64,000 bases of DNA from Pseudonocardia sp. (GCF_025965585.1 NZ_JAOPWR010000177.1:1588-65587); one strand, 5' to 3'; counted from the first letter of the stretch, positions 43,889 to 53,854 are shown. Program-made: numbers and translations. The notes: a model not told the origin generated them from the letters alone.

Positions 43889-43956
43889 GACTCCACCGCA
43901 AGGGCTCGTGCGCGGACAGCGTCACCCTGGCGCCGTTCCCCGCGCACGGCCGTCAT
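43885..43956 (-). other. MIRU-like 23-aa coupling micro-ORF (MTAVRGERRQGDAVRARALAVES*)
   Basis: ATG overlaps the upstream permease stop (ATGA); TGA overlaps the downstream GTG (GTGA). Confidence 0.65.
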
Positions 43957-44600
43957 CGCGCCCGCCACGAGAGCCTGCGCTCCAGGAACCCGCCGGCCGC
44001 ACCGCCGAGCAGCGCGATCGCGAGGTACATCGCGCCGCTGACCAGGAACAGCACCACGGCCTCCGCCGACTGCAGGTTGAGCACCTGCGTGACGTTCGTC
44101 AGCTCGTCGACCCCGACCGCCGCCGCCAGCGACGACCCGAGCGCGATGCCGATGAAGATGTTCACCAGCGGCTGCACCATCGTCCGGAACGCGGGCGGCA
44201 GGATCACGTGACGCAGCGACTGGGTGAACGTGAACCCCAGCGCCCGCGCCGCCTCGGCCTGCCCCACGGGCACGGCGTTGATGCCGCCGCGCATCGCCTC
44301 GCAGACGAACGCCGCACCGAACGCCCCGAGGCAGATCGCCGCGGAGGCGAAGAGCGGGAACGTCAGCCCGATGTCGGGCAGCCCGAACACGAACAACACG
44401 AGCAGCGAGAGCAGCGGCATGTTCCGCAGCACCTCGACGTAGACGGCGCCGGCGGCGCGCAGCGGCGGGATCGGGCTCACGCGGAACACCGCGAGCACCG
44501 TGCCCAGCAGCAGCGCGCCGACGAAGGCCAGCGCCGTCAGCTCGAGCGTGACGAGCAGCCCGCCGAGCAGGAGCCCCAGGTTCTCGGTGACGACACCCAT
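43953..44600 (-). CDS. Polar amino acid ABC permease (GluC-like)
   Basis: VEVLRNMPLL and GQAEAARALG. Confidence 0.92.
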   Translation of the reverse strand: MGVVTENLGLLLGGLLVTLELTALAFVGALLLGTVLAVFRVSPIPPLRAAGAVYVEVLRNMPLLSLLVLFVFGLPDIGLTFPLFASAAICLGAFGAAFVCEAMRGGINAVPVGQAEAARALGFTFTQSLRHVILPPAFRTMVQPLVNIFIGIALGSSLAAAVGVDELTNVTQVLNLQSAEAVVLFLVSGAMYLAIALLGGAAGGFLERRLSWRAR

Positions 44601-44610
44601 GGCGGTGTGG

Positions 44611-45549
44611 TCAGGCCCCGTCGGCGGAGCCGATCGCCGGCGGCGCGGGGGCGTCACCCTTGACGACTGTGCCGATCGTGGCCTTCCAGAGCTTCGCCCA
44701 GCTGCCGTCGGCGTAGATCTTCTGCAGCCAGTCGTTCACGAACGCCTTGGCCGTCGGGTCGTTCAGCGGCAGCCCGACGCCGTAGGGCTCCTGCGTGAAC
44801 GGCGTGCCGACGACCTTGACCGCCGGGTTGGTGCTCGCGTCGGAGATGAGGATGCCCTGGTCGAGAACGTAGGCGTCGGCCCGGCCCTGCTGCACCGCGG
44901 CGACGCACTGGGCGTCCTCCTGGAAGAGCAGGGTCTTCGCGGTGGGCACGGCCTTCTGCAGCGCGAGCACGGCGGTGGAGTTGGCCTCGGTGGCGACGGT
45001 CTTGCCGGCCAGGTCCCCGACTCCTCTGATCGAGGTGTTGTCTGCCTTGACCATGATCGCGTCACCGGACTCGTAGTACGGCCCCGCGAACGCCACCTTC
45101 TGCGCCCGCTGCGGCGTGATCGTGTACGTGGCGAACACGGCGTCGACGGTGTTGTTCTGCAGCAGCGTCTCGCGCGTGTCGACGGTGGTGATCGTCAGCT
45201 GCGTCGCGTTCCCGGTCTTGCCGGTGATGTAGTGCGCGAGCATCTGCGACAGGCCGGCGTCGAAGCCGGTGACCTTGCCCGTGGCGGGGTCCTTCAGGGA
45301 GAACAGCGGTCCGGCGTCGGTGCCGCCGACGTTGAGCGTGCCGCGCTGCTTGATCTTGTCGGCCCATGATCCCGCCGCGATGGCCGACGGGTCGGCCACC
45401 GGCGAGCCGGCGATGACCGCGTCATAGGTGCTGGTGTCGGCCTGCCCCGGCAGTGCGGGTGCGGAGCCGTCGTCGGCGCAGGCCGCGAGCGCGAGTGCGG
45501 CGGCGGCCGCGACGGCGAGGAGATGCAGACGCCTGGCTGACCTGATCAC
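44611..45549 (-). CDS. Glutamate-type ABC substrate-binding lipoprotein
   Basis: Lipobox LAAC, ATYTITPQRAQKVAFAGPYY and EPYGVG. Confidence 0.92.
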   Translation of the reverse strand: MIRSARRLHLLAVAAAAALALAACADDGSAPALPGQADTSTYDAVIAGSPVADPSAIAAGSWADKIKQRGTLNVGGTDAGPLFSLKDPATGKVTGFDAGLSQMLAHYITGKTGNATQLTITTVDTRETLLQNNTVDAVFATYTITPQRAQKVAFAGPYYESGDAIMVKADNTSIRGVGDLAGKTVATEANSTAVLALQKAVPTAKTLLFQEDAQCVAAVQQGRADAYVLDQGILISDASTNPAVKVVGTPFTQEPYGVGLPLNDPTAKAFVNDWLQKIYADGSWAKLWKATIGTVVKGDAPAPPAIGSADGA

Positions 45550-45727
45550 GGTGGACCCCCCGGTGTCGTGTGGGGGCGAACCCTGCACCCACGATCGGGT
45601 GGCGGCAACTCGGGGGAGACCGTTTCGAGATCTGCCCGGGAACGCTCCGTCGGGCGGCCGACGGGGGTCGCGTTCTAGACTCGGCACACGGGCGGACGCC
45701 CGGCCACGAAGGGGCGGTTGGACCGAC

Positions 45728-45970
45728 ATGTGGGCTTTCTTCTCGCGGCGGCTGCGGATGTGGCTGATCCTGGCGGTCGGCGCTCCCATCCTGGCGTGGC
45801 TGCTGGGCAAGGTCGGTGACCTCATCGAGTCGCGCAAGGGCCCGAACACCGCCAGCAAGGTGCTCAAGAAGGGCAGCGGCTTCCTGCGGCGCCGCACGAA
45901 GGGCCCGCTCGCGGGCCGTACGGCCGCCGACCCCGCCGGTTCGCGCGACGCGGGCGTACCCACCCGCTGA
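45728..45970 (+). CDS. Small hypothetical membrane protein
   Basis: MWAFFSRRLRMWLILAVGAP; stop overlaps the next ATG. Confidence 0.7.
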   Translation: MWAFFSRRLRMWLILAVGAPILAWLLGKVGDLIESRKGPNTASKVLKKGSGFLRRRTKGPLAGRTAADPAGSRDAGVPTR

Positions 45971-46668
45971 TGGCCCGTTACGTGCTGGTCCACGGGGCGT
46001 GGGGCGGCTCGTACGGTTTCCGGCACGTGCGCCGCGCGCTGCACGCCGAGGGCCACGAGGTGCTCACGCCGAGCCTGACGGGCATCGGCGAGCGCTCGCA
46101 CCTGACCGGGCCGCTGGTAGACCTCTCCACGCACGTGCTCGACGTCGTCAACGCGGTCCGCTACGAGGATCTGCGCGACATCGTGCTGCTCGGCTTCTCC
46201 TACGGCGGCATGGTCGTGAGCGGGGCGCTGGAGCAGATCGGCGACCGCGTGCGCGAGCTCGTCCTGCTCGACGCGTTCCTCCCCGACGACGGCGACAGCG
46301 TCGCGTCGATGACGGGCGGCGCGCTCGGCGGGACGACCGACGGCATCGGCGCGCCGTGGCTGGTGCCGGCGAGTCCCCGCGAGTACGACGACCCGGACGT
46401 CGGTGCCTGGTCGAACCCGCGCCGTACAGGCCAGCCGGTGCGCACGCTCACCGAGCCGGTGCGGCTGCGCACTCCGTTGGAGGAGCGGCCGTTCGGCCGC
46501 ACCTACATCCGTGCGACGCAGGACCCGAACGGTGCGACGTTCGAGGCCTCGGCCGCGCGGGCCCGGGCATCGGACGCCTGGCGCTACCACGAGATCGCGA
46601 CCACGCACATGGTGCCGGAGAACCGCCCCGCCGAACTGGCCTCACTCCTGCTGGCCCTCGCGACCTAG
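45970..46668 (+). CDS. Alpha/beta hydrolase (esterase)
   Basis: VLVHGAWGG and GFSYGG nucleophile elbow. Confidence 0.9.
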   Translation: MARYVLVHGAWGGSYGFRHVRRALHAEGHEVLTPSLTGIGERSHLTGPLVDLSTHVLDVVNAVRYEDLRDIVLLGFSYGGMVVSGALEQIGDRVRELVLLDAFLPDDGDSVASMTGGALGGTTDGIGAPWLVPASPREYDDPDVGAWSNPRRTGQPVRTLTEPVRLRTPLEERPFGRTYIRATQDPNGATFEASAARARASDAWRYHEIATTHMVPENRPAELASLLLALAT

Positions 46669-46714
46669 TGCGGTGGCCACGGACGTCGCCGGGTCGCTCG
46701 TGGCCACCGCACTA
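46666..46714. repeat. Short MITE-like element with 16-bp terminal inverted repeats
   Basis: tagtgcggtggccacg ... cgtggccaccgcacta. Confidence 0.6.
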
Positions 46715-46724
46715 AGCTCCGGTC

Positions 46725-47225
46725 GTGTCGTCGACCGTGCACCGGTACTCCGCGACCTGCTCATGGTCGGGCTCCACAGCGGTGGGCTACCGCGACTACG
46801 ACCGGTCGCACAGGATGGCGGCCGGCCCGGAGTCGCTCACGCTGTCGTCCGATCCGGCGTTCCTCGGCGACCCTGCGCGGCTCAACCCGGAGCAGCTCGT
46901 GGTGATGGCCGCGTCGTCGTGCCAGCTGCTGTCGTTCCTCGCCGTCGCGGCGCGGGCGCGGCTCGACGTCCGCGACTACCGCGACGACGCCACGGCGACC
47001 ATGGCGGAGTCCGGGGCCGCGCAGCCGATGCGGCTCGACGAGATCGTGCTGCGCCCGCGCATCGTGCTGGCCCCGGATCCGAGGACCGGAGCGCCGTCCG
47101 AGGACCGCGTGCGACACCTCGTCGAGGTGGCGCACAGGGAGTGCTTCATCGCCAACAGCCTCGCGACGCCCGTGCGGATCGAGCCCACCGTGACGTTCGT
47201 GGATCAGGCGACGTTCACGGCGTGA
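46725..47225 (+). CDS. OsmC-family protein
   Basis: SSDPAFLGD, NPEQL..AASSC and AHRECFIANSL. Confidence 0.9.
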   Translation: MSSTVHRYSATCSWSGSTAVGYRDYDRSHRMAAGPESLTLSSDPAFLGDPARLNPEQLVVMAASSCQLLSFLAVAARARLDVRDYRDDATATMAESGAAQPMRLDEIVLRPRIVLAPDPRTGAPSEDRVRHLVEVAHRECFIANSLATPVRIEPTVTFVDQATFTA

Positions 47226-47790
47226 GGCCGCGCACCACCAGCGCCGCGAGCTCGGTGTAGGCGTCGGCGTCGCCCAGTCCGGTGGCCTCGGCCACCTCGC
47301 GCTGCTGGATGCGCACCATCGTGGCGCTCAGGACGTCGGCCACGAACCGCACGTGCACCGGCCGGAACGCGCCGCTCGCCACGCCCTCGGCCACGAGCTG
47401 CTCGACGCGGCGGGCGGCGGCACGGGTGTTCTGCTCGTAGACCTCACGTACCACCGGAGCGGCCGCGACGTCGTCGAAGAACGCGGGCGACGCGGGCTCC
47501 AGCTGGGCGGCCACCCCGTGCAGGTAGGCGACGATCCGGTCGCGCGGGTCCGCCGCCGCGGCGAGCCCGGCCTCGACCCGCTCGGTGGCGCCGCGGAAGA
47601 AGTGCACGACCACGGCCCGCACCAGGGCCTCACGGGTGCCGGCCAGCGCGTAGAGCGTGGTCTTGGAGCAGCGCAGGCGGGCGGCGAGGGCGTCGATGGT
47701 GAAGTCGCGGAAGCCCTCGGCGAGGAAGAGTGTGACGAGCTGGTCGAAGAGTTCCGCCTGACGCCGAGTCACCCGAGCTGTACTCTGCAC
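47215..47790 (-). CDS. TetR-family transcriptional regulator
   Basis: EGFRDFTIDALAARLRCSKTTLY HTH. Confidence 0.9.
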   Translation of the reverse strand: MQSTARVTRRQAELFDQLVTLFLAEGFRDFTIDALAARLRCSKTTLYALAGTREALVRAVVVHFFRGATERVEAGLAAAADPRDRIVAYLHGVAAQLEPASPAFFDDVAAAPVVREVYEQNTRAAARRVEQLVAEGVASGAFRPVHVRFVADVLSATMVRIQQREVAEATGLGDADAYTELAALVVRGLTP

Positions 47791-47818
47791 AGTACGATCG
47801 TACCCTCAATCGTACTGT
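47789..47818. promoter_or_regulatory. Putative TetR operator
   Basis: acagtacgat-N10-atcgtactgt inverted repeat in the divergent intergenic region. Confidence 0.7.
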
Positions 47819-47830
47819 TTGGAGACCGTC

Positions 47831-48970
47831 GTGCCCGTCGACCGGATGCTGCCCACCCAGGAGGCCGAGGACCTGCTCGATCTCGTCCGCGACATCTCCG
47901 ACAAGGAGCTCGCCACCCGTGTCGACGAGCACGAGAAGGCCGAGACCTACCCCGGGGGACTCTTCGCGACGCTGGGCGAGGCCGGCCTGCTGGGCCTGCC
48001 CTACCCCGAGGAGCACGGCGGCGGCGGGCAGCCCTACGAGGTCTACCTGCAGGTGCTCGAGGAGTTCGCGATGCGCTGGGCCGCGGTGGCCGTGGCCGTC
48101 AGCGTGCACGGGCTGTCGTGCCACCCGCTCGCGGCGTTCGGCACGCCTGCGCAGCAGGAGAAGTGGCTGCCGAAGATGCTCGCCGGCGAGATGATCGGCG
48201 GCTACTCGCTGTCGGAGCCGCAGGCCGGGTCCGATGCCGCGGCGCTCACCTGCAAGGCGGAGAAGGTCGACGCCGGGTACAAGATCACCGGCACCAAGGC
48301 GTGGATCACCCACGGCGGCATCGTCGACTTCTACTCGCTGTTCGCCCGCACCGGCGAGGGCTCGCGCGGTGTCTCCTGCTTCCTCGCTCCCGGTTCCGCC
48401 GACGGCCTGTCGTTCGGCAGGCCCGAGGAGAAGATGGGCCTGCACGCCATCCCGACGGTCACCGCCCACTGGGACGGCGCCGTGATCGACGCCGACCGGC
48501 TCATCGGCGCCGAGGGCCAGGGGCTGCCCATCGCGCTCAGCGCCCTGGACTCGGGTCGCCTGGGCATCGCCGCCGTCGCCACCGGGCTCGCGCAGGCCGC
48601 GCTCGACGCCGCCGTCGACTACGCCCACGAGCGCAGCGCGTTCGGCAAGAAGATCATCGACCACCAGGGCCTGGGTTTCCTGCTCGCCGACATGGCCGCC
48701 GCCGTCGACTCGTCGCGCGCCACCTACCTCGACGCCGCCCGCCGCCGCGACGCCGGACGCGACTACTCCCGCCAGGCCAGCGTCGCGAAGCTGATCGCCA
48801 CCGACGCGGCCATGAAGGTCACCACCGACGCCGTGCAGGTGTTCGGCGGCTACGGCTACACCCGCGACTTCCCCGTCGAGCGCTACATGCGCGAAGCGAA
48901 GATCACCCAGATCTTCGAGGGGACCAACCAGATCCAGCGCCTGGTGATCAGCCGCCAGCTCGCGAAGTAG
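47831..48970 (+). CDS. Acyl-CoA dehydrogenase
   Basis: SLSEPQAGSD, GTKAWIT, QVFGGYGY and QIFEGTNQIQR. Confidence 0.95.
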   Translation: MPVDRMLPTQEAEDLLDLVRDISDKELATRVDEHEKAETYPGGLFATLGEAGLLGLPYPEEHGGGGQPYEVYLQVLEEFAMRWAAVAVAVSVHGLSCHPLAAFGTPAQQEKWLPKMLAGEMIGGYSLSEPQAGSDAAALTCKAEKVDAGYKITGTKAWITHGGIVDFYSLFARTGEGSRGVSCFLAPGSADGLSFGRPEEKMGLHAIPTVTAHWDGAVIDADRLIGAEGQGLPIALSALDSGRLGIAAVATGLAQAALDAAVDYAHERSAFGKKIIDHQGLGFLLADMAAAVDSSRATYLDAARRRDAGRDYSRQASVAKLIATDAAMKVTTDAVQVFGGYGYTRDFPVERYMREAKITQIFEGTNQIQRLVISRQLAK

Positions 48971-48981
48971 GAGACAACGCC

Positions 48982-49740
48982 ATGCAGATCACCGGAACCG
49001 CCGCACTCGTGACGGGCGCCGCGTCCGGCCTGGGCGCGGCCACCGCCGCCGCCCTCGCCGCTCAGGGTGCCACCGTGTACGGCCTGGACCTGGAGAAGGC
49101 CGTCGCCAACGGCACGCCCCCGGACGGCGTCACGCTGCTCGCCGCCGACGTCACCGAGGAGGCGCCGGTCCGCGAGGCGCTGGCCCGCATCGCCGACGAC
49201 GGCGCCGAGCTGCGCACCGTCGTCAACTGCGCGGGCATCGGCCCCTCGGCCCGGGTCCTGAGCCGCAAGGGCCCGCACGACCTCGAGCTGTTCCACACCG
49301 TGCTCAAGGTCAACCTGCTCGGCACGTTCAACGTCATGCGGCTGGGCGCCGAGGCCATGTCCACCCTCGAGGCCGACGAGAACGGCCAGCGCGGCGTCGT
49401 GGTCAACACCGCGTCGGTGGCGGCGTTCGAGGGCCAGATCGGCCAGATCGCCTACGCGGCGTCGAAGTCCGGTGTCGCCGGCATGACGATCACCGCGGCC
49501 CGCGACCTCGCCCAGTTCGGCATCCGGGTCATGACCATCGCCCCCGGCATCGTCGATACCCCGATGCTCGCCACCGTCAGCGAGGAGTTCCGCGCCACCC
49601 TCAGCGCGGGCGTGCCGTTCCCGCAGCGGCTGGCGCAGCCGGAGGAGTTCGCGAAGCTCGTCACGATGATCGCGGAGCACGACTACCTCAACGGCGAGAC
49701 CATCCGCATGGACGGCGCGCTGCGGATGGCGCCCCGATGA
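48982..49740 (+). CDS. SDR, type II 3-hydroxyacyl-CoA dehydrogenase-like
   Basis: TGAASGLG, NCAGI, YAASK and NGETIRMDGALRM. Confidence 0.92.
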   Translation: MQITGTAALVTGAASGLGAATAAALAAQGATVYGLDLEKAVANGTPPDGVTLLAADVTEEAPVREALARIADDGAELRTVVNCAGIGPSARVLSRKGPHDLELFHTVLKVNLLGTFNVMRLGAEAMSTLEADENGQRGVVVNTASVAAFEGQIGQIAYAASKSGVAGMTITAARDLAQFGIRVMTIAPGIVDTPMLATVSEEFRATLSAGVPFPQRLAQPEEFAKLVTMIAEHDYLNGETIRMDGALRMAPR

Positions 49741-49905
49741 CCTCGACGCGGTAACCCCCACGGGCCGCGGGGGTCGTGGAGCGACGCGAACCGCCCGTCA
49801 CCCCGTCCCGGAGCCCACCCTCCCCCGGGCTCCGGGCGATGAGTTACGAGCAGGCCGCAGGTCTGCCCTTCACGAGCCGCCGCCGGCGGCCGGGGAGGTT
49901 GCGGC

Positions 49906-50193
49906 GTGGACGACCCGGACGACGCGCTGCCCATTCCCCTGCGGCCCGGGCAGCGGTTCCGCCGGCACGCGGTGACCCTGTCCGCCGGGGCGACCCTGCC
50001 CTTCGTCGACGAGGAGTGGCGCGGCGCGCTCGTCGTCGTCGAGCAGGGGGCGGTCGACCTCTGCTGCTCCCGGGGCGCCCGGCGCCGGTTCACCACGGGA
50101 GCGGTGCTCTTCCTCGACGGGCTGGGCCTGGTGGCGCTGAACAACCCCGGGACCGGCGAGCTGCGGCTCGTGGCCCTCAGCCGGCGTCAGTGA
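49906..50193 (+). CDS. Small cupin-like hypothetical protein
   Basis: VTLSAG, LVVVEQGAV and NPGTGELRLV; GGAGG upstream. Confidence 0.6.
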   Translation: MDDPDDALPIPLRPGQRFRRHAVTLSAGATLPFVDEEWRGALVVVEQGAVDLCCSRGARRRFTTGAVLFLDGLGLVALNNPGTGELRLVALSRRQ

Positions 50194-50834
50194 CGGCCGA
50201 GCAGGTTGTCGGCCACGTTCTCCAGGTGGGCGCGCATGGCGTCGTGGGCGCCGGAGGAGTCGCGGTCGCGCAGCGCGTCGACCACCGCGTTGTGCTCGGC
50301 GCGGTAGCAGGCCCGCCGCTCCGGCGTGGACGTGCGTCGCTTGAGGCTGCCCCACACCGGTAGCGCGCGGGCGGCGTTCATGACGTCGAACATGCTCATG
50401 AGCAGCCCGTTGTGGGCCGCCTGGGCGATGGCCTGGTGCAGCCTGGCGTCCCAGGACTCGAAGCCCTCGAACCCGTCGGCGTCCCCTCCGCGCTGCAGGC
50501 AGCGGGTGATGCGGTCGAGGTCGGCCTGGGTGGCGACGCGGGCGGCGAGCGCGGCCACCGGCGGCTCCATCACGAGCCGGACCTGCATGATCTCGGCCGG
50601 ACTGGTGTCGGCGGGCGCGGTACCGCTGCGCTGTGAGGCGTCGGTGAGGAACGTGCCGCGCCCCACGTGCCGGACGACGAGCCCGTCCTCCTCCAGCACG
50701 TCCAGGGCCCGGCGGATCGCGCTGCGCGGGGCGGCGAGGCGCTCGACCAGCGCGCGCTCGGTGGGCAGCTTGGCGCCGGGCGTGAACGAGCCGTCGTCGA
50801 GCAGCGCGCGCAGGGACTGTTCCACGGTCGACAC
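50187..50834 (-). CDS. GntR/FadR-family regulator
   Basis: KLPTERAL...RSAIRRAL...VGRGTF HTH; FCD motif DARLHQAIAQAAHN. Confidence 0.92.
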   Translation of the reverse strand: MSTVEQSLRALLDDGSFTPGAKLPTERALVERLAAPRSAIRRALDVLEEDGLVVRHVGRGTFLTDASQRSGTAPADTSPAEIMQVRLVMEPPVAALAARVATQADLDRITRCLQRGGDADGFEGFESWDARLHQAIAQAAHNGLLMSMFDVMNAARALPVWGSLKRRTSTPERRACYRAEHNAVVDALRDRDSSGAHDAMRAHLENVADNLLGRH

Positions 50835-50850
50835 CGCTGCAGCGTAGCCG

Positions 50851-50950
50851 CTGAACCAATCGATACCAATATCTGACCCCTCGACACCTGTGGAATCGGG
50901 AGGTACGGTTCCGCGCTGGCCAACATTGGTAACAATTGGTTCAGATTGGT
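50851..50950. promoter_or_regulatory. Putative GntR operator arrays with 10-bp period
   Basis: ACCAAT at 50855 and 50865; ATTGGT at 50925, 50935 and 50945. Confidence 0.7.
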
Positions 50951-50956
50951 GCAGCA

Positions 50957-51832
50957 ATGAAGCTTGTCTCGTTCTCCACCGGATCCGACGAACGCGTGGG
51001 CGTCGTCGACGTCGAGCGGGAGGTGGTGCGCGACGTGACCGGGCTGCTCCCGGCCGGCGCCGGGCTGCTCGGCCTCGTCGAGGAGTGGGCCGAGCTCGCC
51101 CCGGCGCTGAACGGGGATGCGCCCGAGCTCGCCCTCGCCGACGTGCGACTGCTCGCCCCGATCCCGCGGCCGCGGCGCAACATCTTCTGCGTCGGCAAGA
51201 ACTACCGTGACCACGTCGTCGAGTTCGGCCGCAGCGGCTACGACAGCCCCGACCGCTCCGAGGCCATGCCCGAGCACCCGGTGGTGTTCTCCAAGGCCAC
51301 CACGTCGGTCAACGGGCCGTTCGACGACATCGACCCCCACCACGACGTCACGAGCGAGCTGGACTACGAGGCCGAGCTGGGCGTCATCATCGGCACGGGC
51401 GGGCGCGGCATCACCCGCGACGACGCCCACGCCCACGTGTGGGGCTACACGATCATCAACGATTTCACCGCGCGCGACCTGCAGCGCACCCACAAGCAGT
51501 GGCTGATCGGGAAGTCTCTCGACACGCACTGCCCGATGGGCCCCTACGCCGTCACCGCCGACGAGATCGACGACGTCACGGCGTTGATGGTGGAGAGCCG
51601 CGTCAACGGGGAGCCCCGTCAGTCGGCGCCGGTGAAGGACCTGATCTTCGACATCCCCGAGCTGATCGCCAGGCTGTCCGCGGGCATCACGCTGCTGCCC
51701 GGCGACATCATCGCCACGGGCACGCCGGCGGGCGTCGGCATCGGGTTCGACCCGCCGAGGTTCATGGCCAGCGGCGACGTCGTCGAGGTGTCGATCACCG
51801 GGCTCGGCGCGCAGCGGAACCAGGTGGCCTGA
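50957..51832 (+). CDS. Fumarylacetoacetate hydrolase-family protein
   Basis: CVGKNY, LDYEAELGVIIG, NDFTARD and TGTPAGVG. Confidence 0.93.
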   Translation: MKLVSFSTGSDERVGVVDVEREVVRDVTGLLPAGAGLLGLVEEWAELAPALNGDAPELALADVRLLAPIPRPRRNIFCVGKNYRDHVVEFGRSGYDSPDRSEAMPEHPVVFSKATTSVNGPFDDIDPHHDVTSELDYEAELGVIIGTGGRGITRDDAHAHVWGYTIINDFTARDLQRTHKQWLIGKSLDTHCPMGPYAVTADEIDDVTALMVESRVNGEPRQSAPVKDLIFDIPELIARLSAGITLLPGDIIATGTPAGVGIGFDPPRFMASGDVVEVSITGLGAQRNQVA

Positions 51833-52593
51833 TGGACGTCAACGGGAAGGAACTGGCCGTCGAGGTGGACGGGGAGGGCCCCGCGGTCCTGCTCGTGCAC
51901 GGGCTCGGCGGGACGTCGAACTTCTACCAGGTCCAGGCCGACGCGCTGGCCGAGCGGTTCCGGGTGATCCGCGTCGACTCCGCGGGAGCGGGCCGCTCCC
52001 CCGTCGCCGACGGCATCTCGATCACGAGCCACGCCGACGACCTCGCCGCCGTGCTGGACGCGCTCGGCGTGGAGTCGGCCGCGGTGGTCGGGCACTCGAT
52101 GGGCACGCTCGTCGTCCGTGACCTGGCCACCCGCTACCCGGGCAAGGTCTCCGCGATGGCCCTGCTCGGGGCGGTCCGTGAGCCCGCCGAGGCCGGACGC
52201 CAGGCGCAACGCGACCGTGCCGCCGTGCTCCGCGAGAAGGGCACCGCCGCGGTCGCACCAGGCGTCGTGGCCAACGCGTTGTCGGAGACCACGCGGCGGG
52301 ACAAGCCGGAGGTCGCCGCGTTCGTGCGCGAGCTCGTCATGCGTCAGGACGCCGAGGGCTACGCGCGCAACTGCGAGGCACTCGCGACCGCCACCGACCC
52401 CGGCCCGATCGCCCCCACGCTGCCGTTGCTGCTGGTCACCGGCACCGACGACAAGGTCGGACCGCCCGAGGCCAGCCACGAGCTCGCCGCCGCCCACGGG
52501 GACGCGAGCGTCGAGATCGTGCAAGGCATCGGGCACTGGACCGCGCTCGAGGCGGCCCGTCCCGTCACCGAACTCCTGCTCAAATTCCTGTAA
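51832..52593 (+). CDS. Alpha/beta hydrolase (enol-lactonase-like)
   Basis: VHGLGG, GHSMG, GTDD and GHW. Confidence 0.9.
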   Translation: MDVNGKELAVEVDGEGPAVLLVHGLGGTSNFYQVQADALAERFRVIRVDSAGAGRSPVADGISITSHADDLAAVLDALGVESAAVVGHSMGTLVVRDLATRYPGKVSAMALLGAVREPAEAGRQAQRDRAAVLREKGTAAVAPGVVANALSETTRRDKPEVAAFVRELVMRQDAEGYARNCEALATATDPGPIAPTLPLLLVTGTDDKVGPPEASHELAAAHGDASVEIVQGIGHWTALEAARPVTELLLKFL

Positions 52594-52618
52594 CCCTCAC
52601 CGCCGAGGAGACCCCCGG

Positions 52619-53854
52619 ATGAGCACCGTCCTGTTCCGCAACGTCAGCATCCTCGACTCCACCGGAGCCGACCCCTATCCCGGCGACGTCCTCGTCGAGG
52701 ACGACCGCATCGCCGCCGTCGGCACCGTCGACGCCGCCCGCGCCGAGGGCGCCCGCGTGGTCGAGGGGCGCGGCCGCACCCTGATGTCCGGCCTGTGCGA
52801 CGCCCACACGCACTTCTCCTGGATCAACAGCGCCGACCTGGACGGCCTGGGCACCATGCCCGTCGAGGAGCACATCCTGGCGTGCGTGGAGTCGGCGAAG
52901 ACCTACATCGACTCCGGCTACACCATGTGCGTCGGCGCCGCGTCCGCGAAGGACCGCCTCGACGTCGTCTGTCGCGAAGCCATCAACGCCGGCCGGATCC
53001 CCGGCCCCCGTTACCTGGCCAACGGGCCGGAGATCGCGGTCACCGGCGGCGCGCTGATCTCGTCGATCACGAAGTTCGCCGACGGTCCCGAGGGCATGCG
53101 CAAGGCCGTGCGCGAGCTGATCGCGCTGGGCGTCGACCAGGTGAAGCTGTCGATGACGGGCGAGGAGATCACCGGTACCCAGCGCGCGGAGGACACCTAC
53201 TTCTCCGACGAGGAGGTGGCCGCCGCGGTGAACGAGGCGCACCGCCGCGGCAAGCGCGTCTGCGCCCACGCGCGCAGCGCCGAGAGCGTGAAGATGTGCC
53301 TGCGCAACGGGCTCGACATCATCTACCACGCGAGCTTCACCGACGCCGAGGGCCTGGACATGCTCGAGGAGGCGAAGGACTGGGTGTTCGTCGCACCCGG
53401 CATCAACTGGCTCGTCGCCACCCTCTACGAGGCGGAGTCGTTCGGCTTCCCGCAGGCGGCCGCCGAGGCCGTCGGCTACAAGAAGGAGCTGGAGCAGGCG
53501 ATCAAGGGGCTGCGCGAGATGCACGCGCGCGGCGTCAAGATCCTGCCCGGCGGCGACTACGGCTTCGCCTGGACGCCTCACGGCACCTACGCGCGCGACC
53601 TCGAGCACTTCGTCGAGCTGCTCGGGTTCACGCCGATGGAGGCGATCCTCTCGGCCACGGCGCTGGGCGGCGAGATCATGCTGCGCCCCGACGACCTGGG
53701 CAAGGTCCAGCCCGGCTACCTGGCCGACCTCATCCTCGTGGACGGCGACCCGATCGCGGACATCACCGTCCTGCAGGACCAGGACAAGCTGAACGCGATC
53801 ATGAAGGACGGTCACTTCCACAAGGATCCGGGTCACCAGGAGCCCGCCGCGTGA
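52619..53854 (+). CDS. Metal-dependent amidohydrolase
   Basis: GLCDAHTH, CAHAR, IYHAS, GGDYG and GYLADLILVDGDP. Confidence 0.9.
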   Translation: MSTVLFRNVSILDSTGADPYPGDVLVEDDRIAAVGTVDAARAEGARVVEGRGRTLMSGLCDAHTHFSWINSADLDGLGTMPVEEHILACVESAKTYIDSGYTMCVGAASAKDRLDVVCREAINAGRIPGPRYLANGPEIAVTGGALISSITKFADGPEGMRKAVRELIALGVDQVKLSMTGEEITGTQRAEDTYFSDEEVAAAVNEAHRRGKRVCAHARSAESVKMCLRNGLDIIYHASFTDAEGLDMLEEAKDWVFVAPGINWLVATLYEAESFGFPQAAAEAVGYKKELEQAIKGLREMHARGVKILPGGDYGFAWTPHGTYARDLEHFVELLGFTPMEAILSATALGGEIMLRPDDLGKVQPGYLADLILVDGDPIADITVLQDQDKLNAIMKDGHFHKDPGHQEPAA

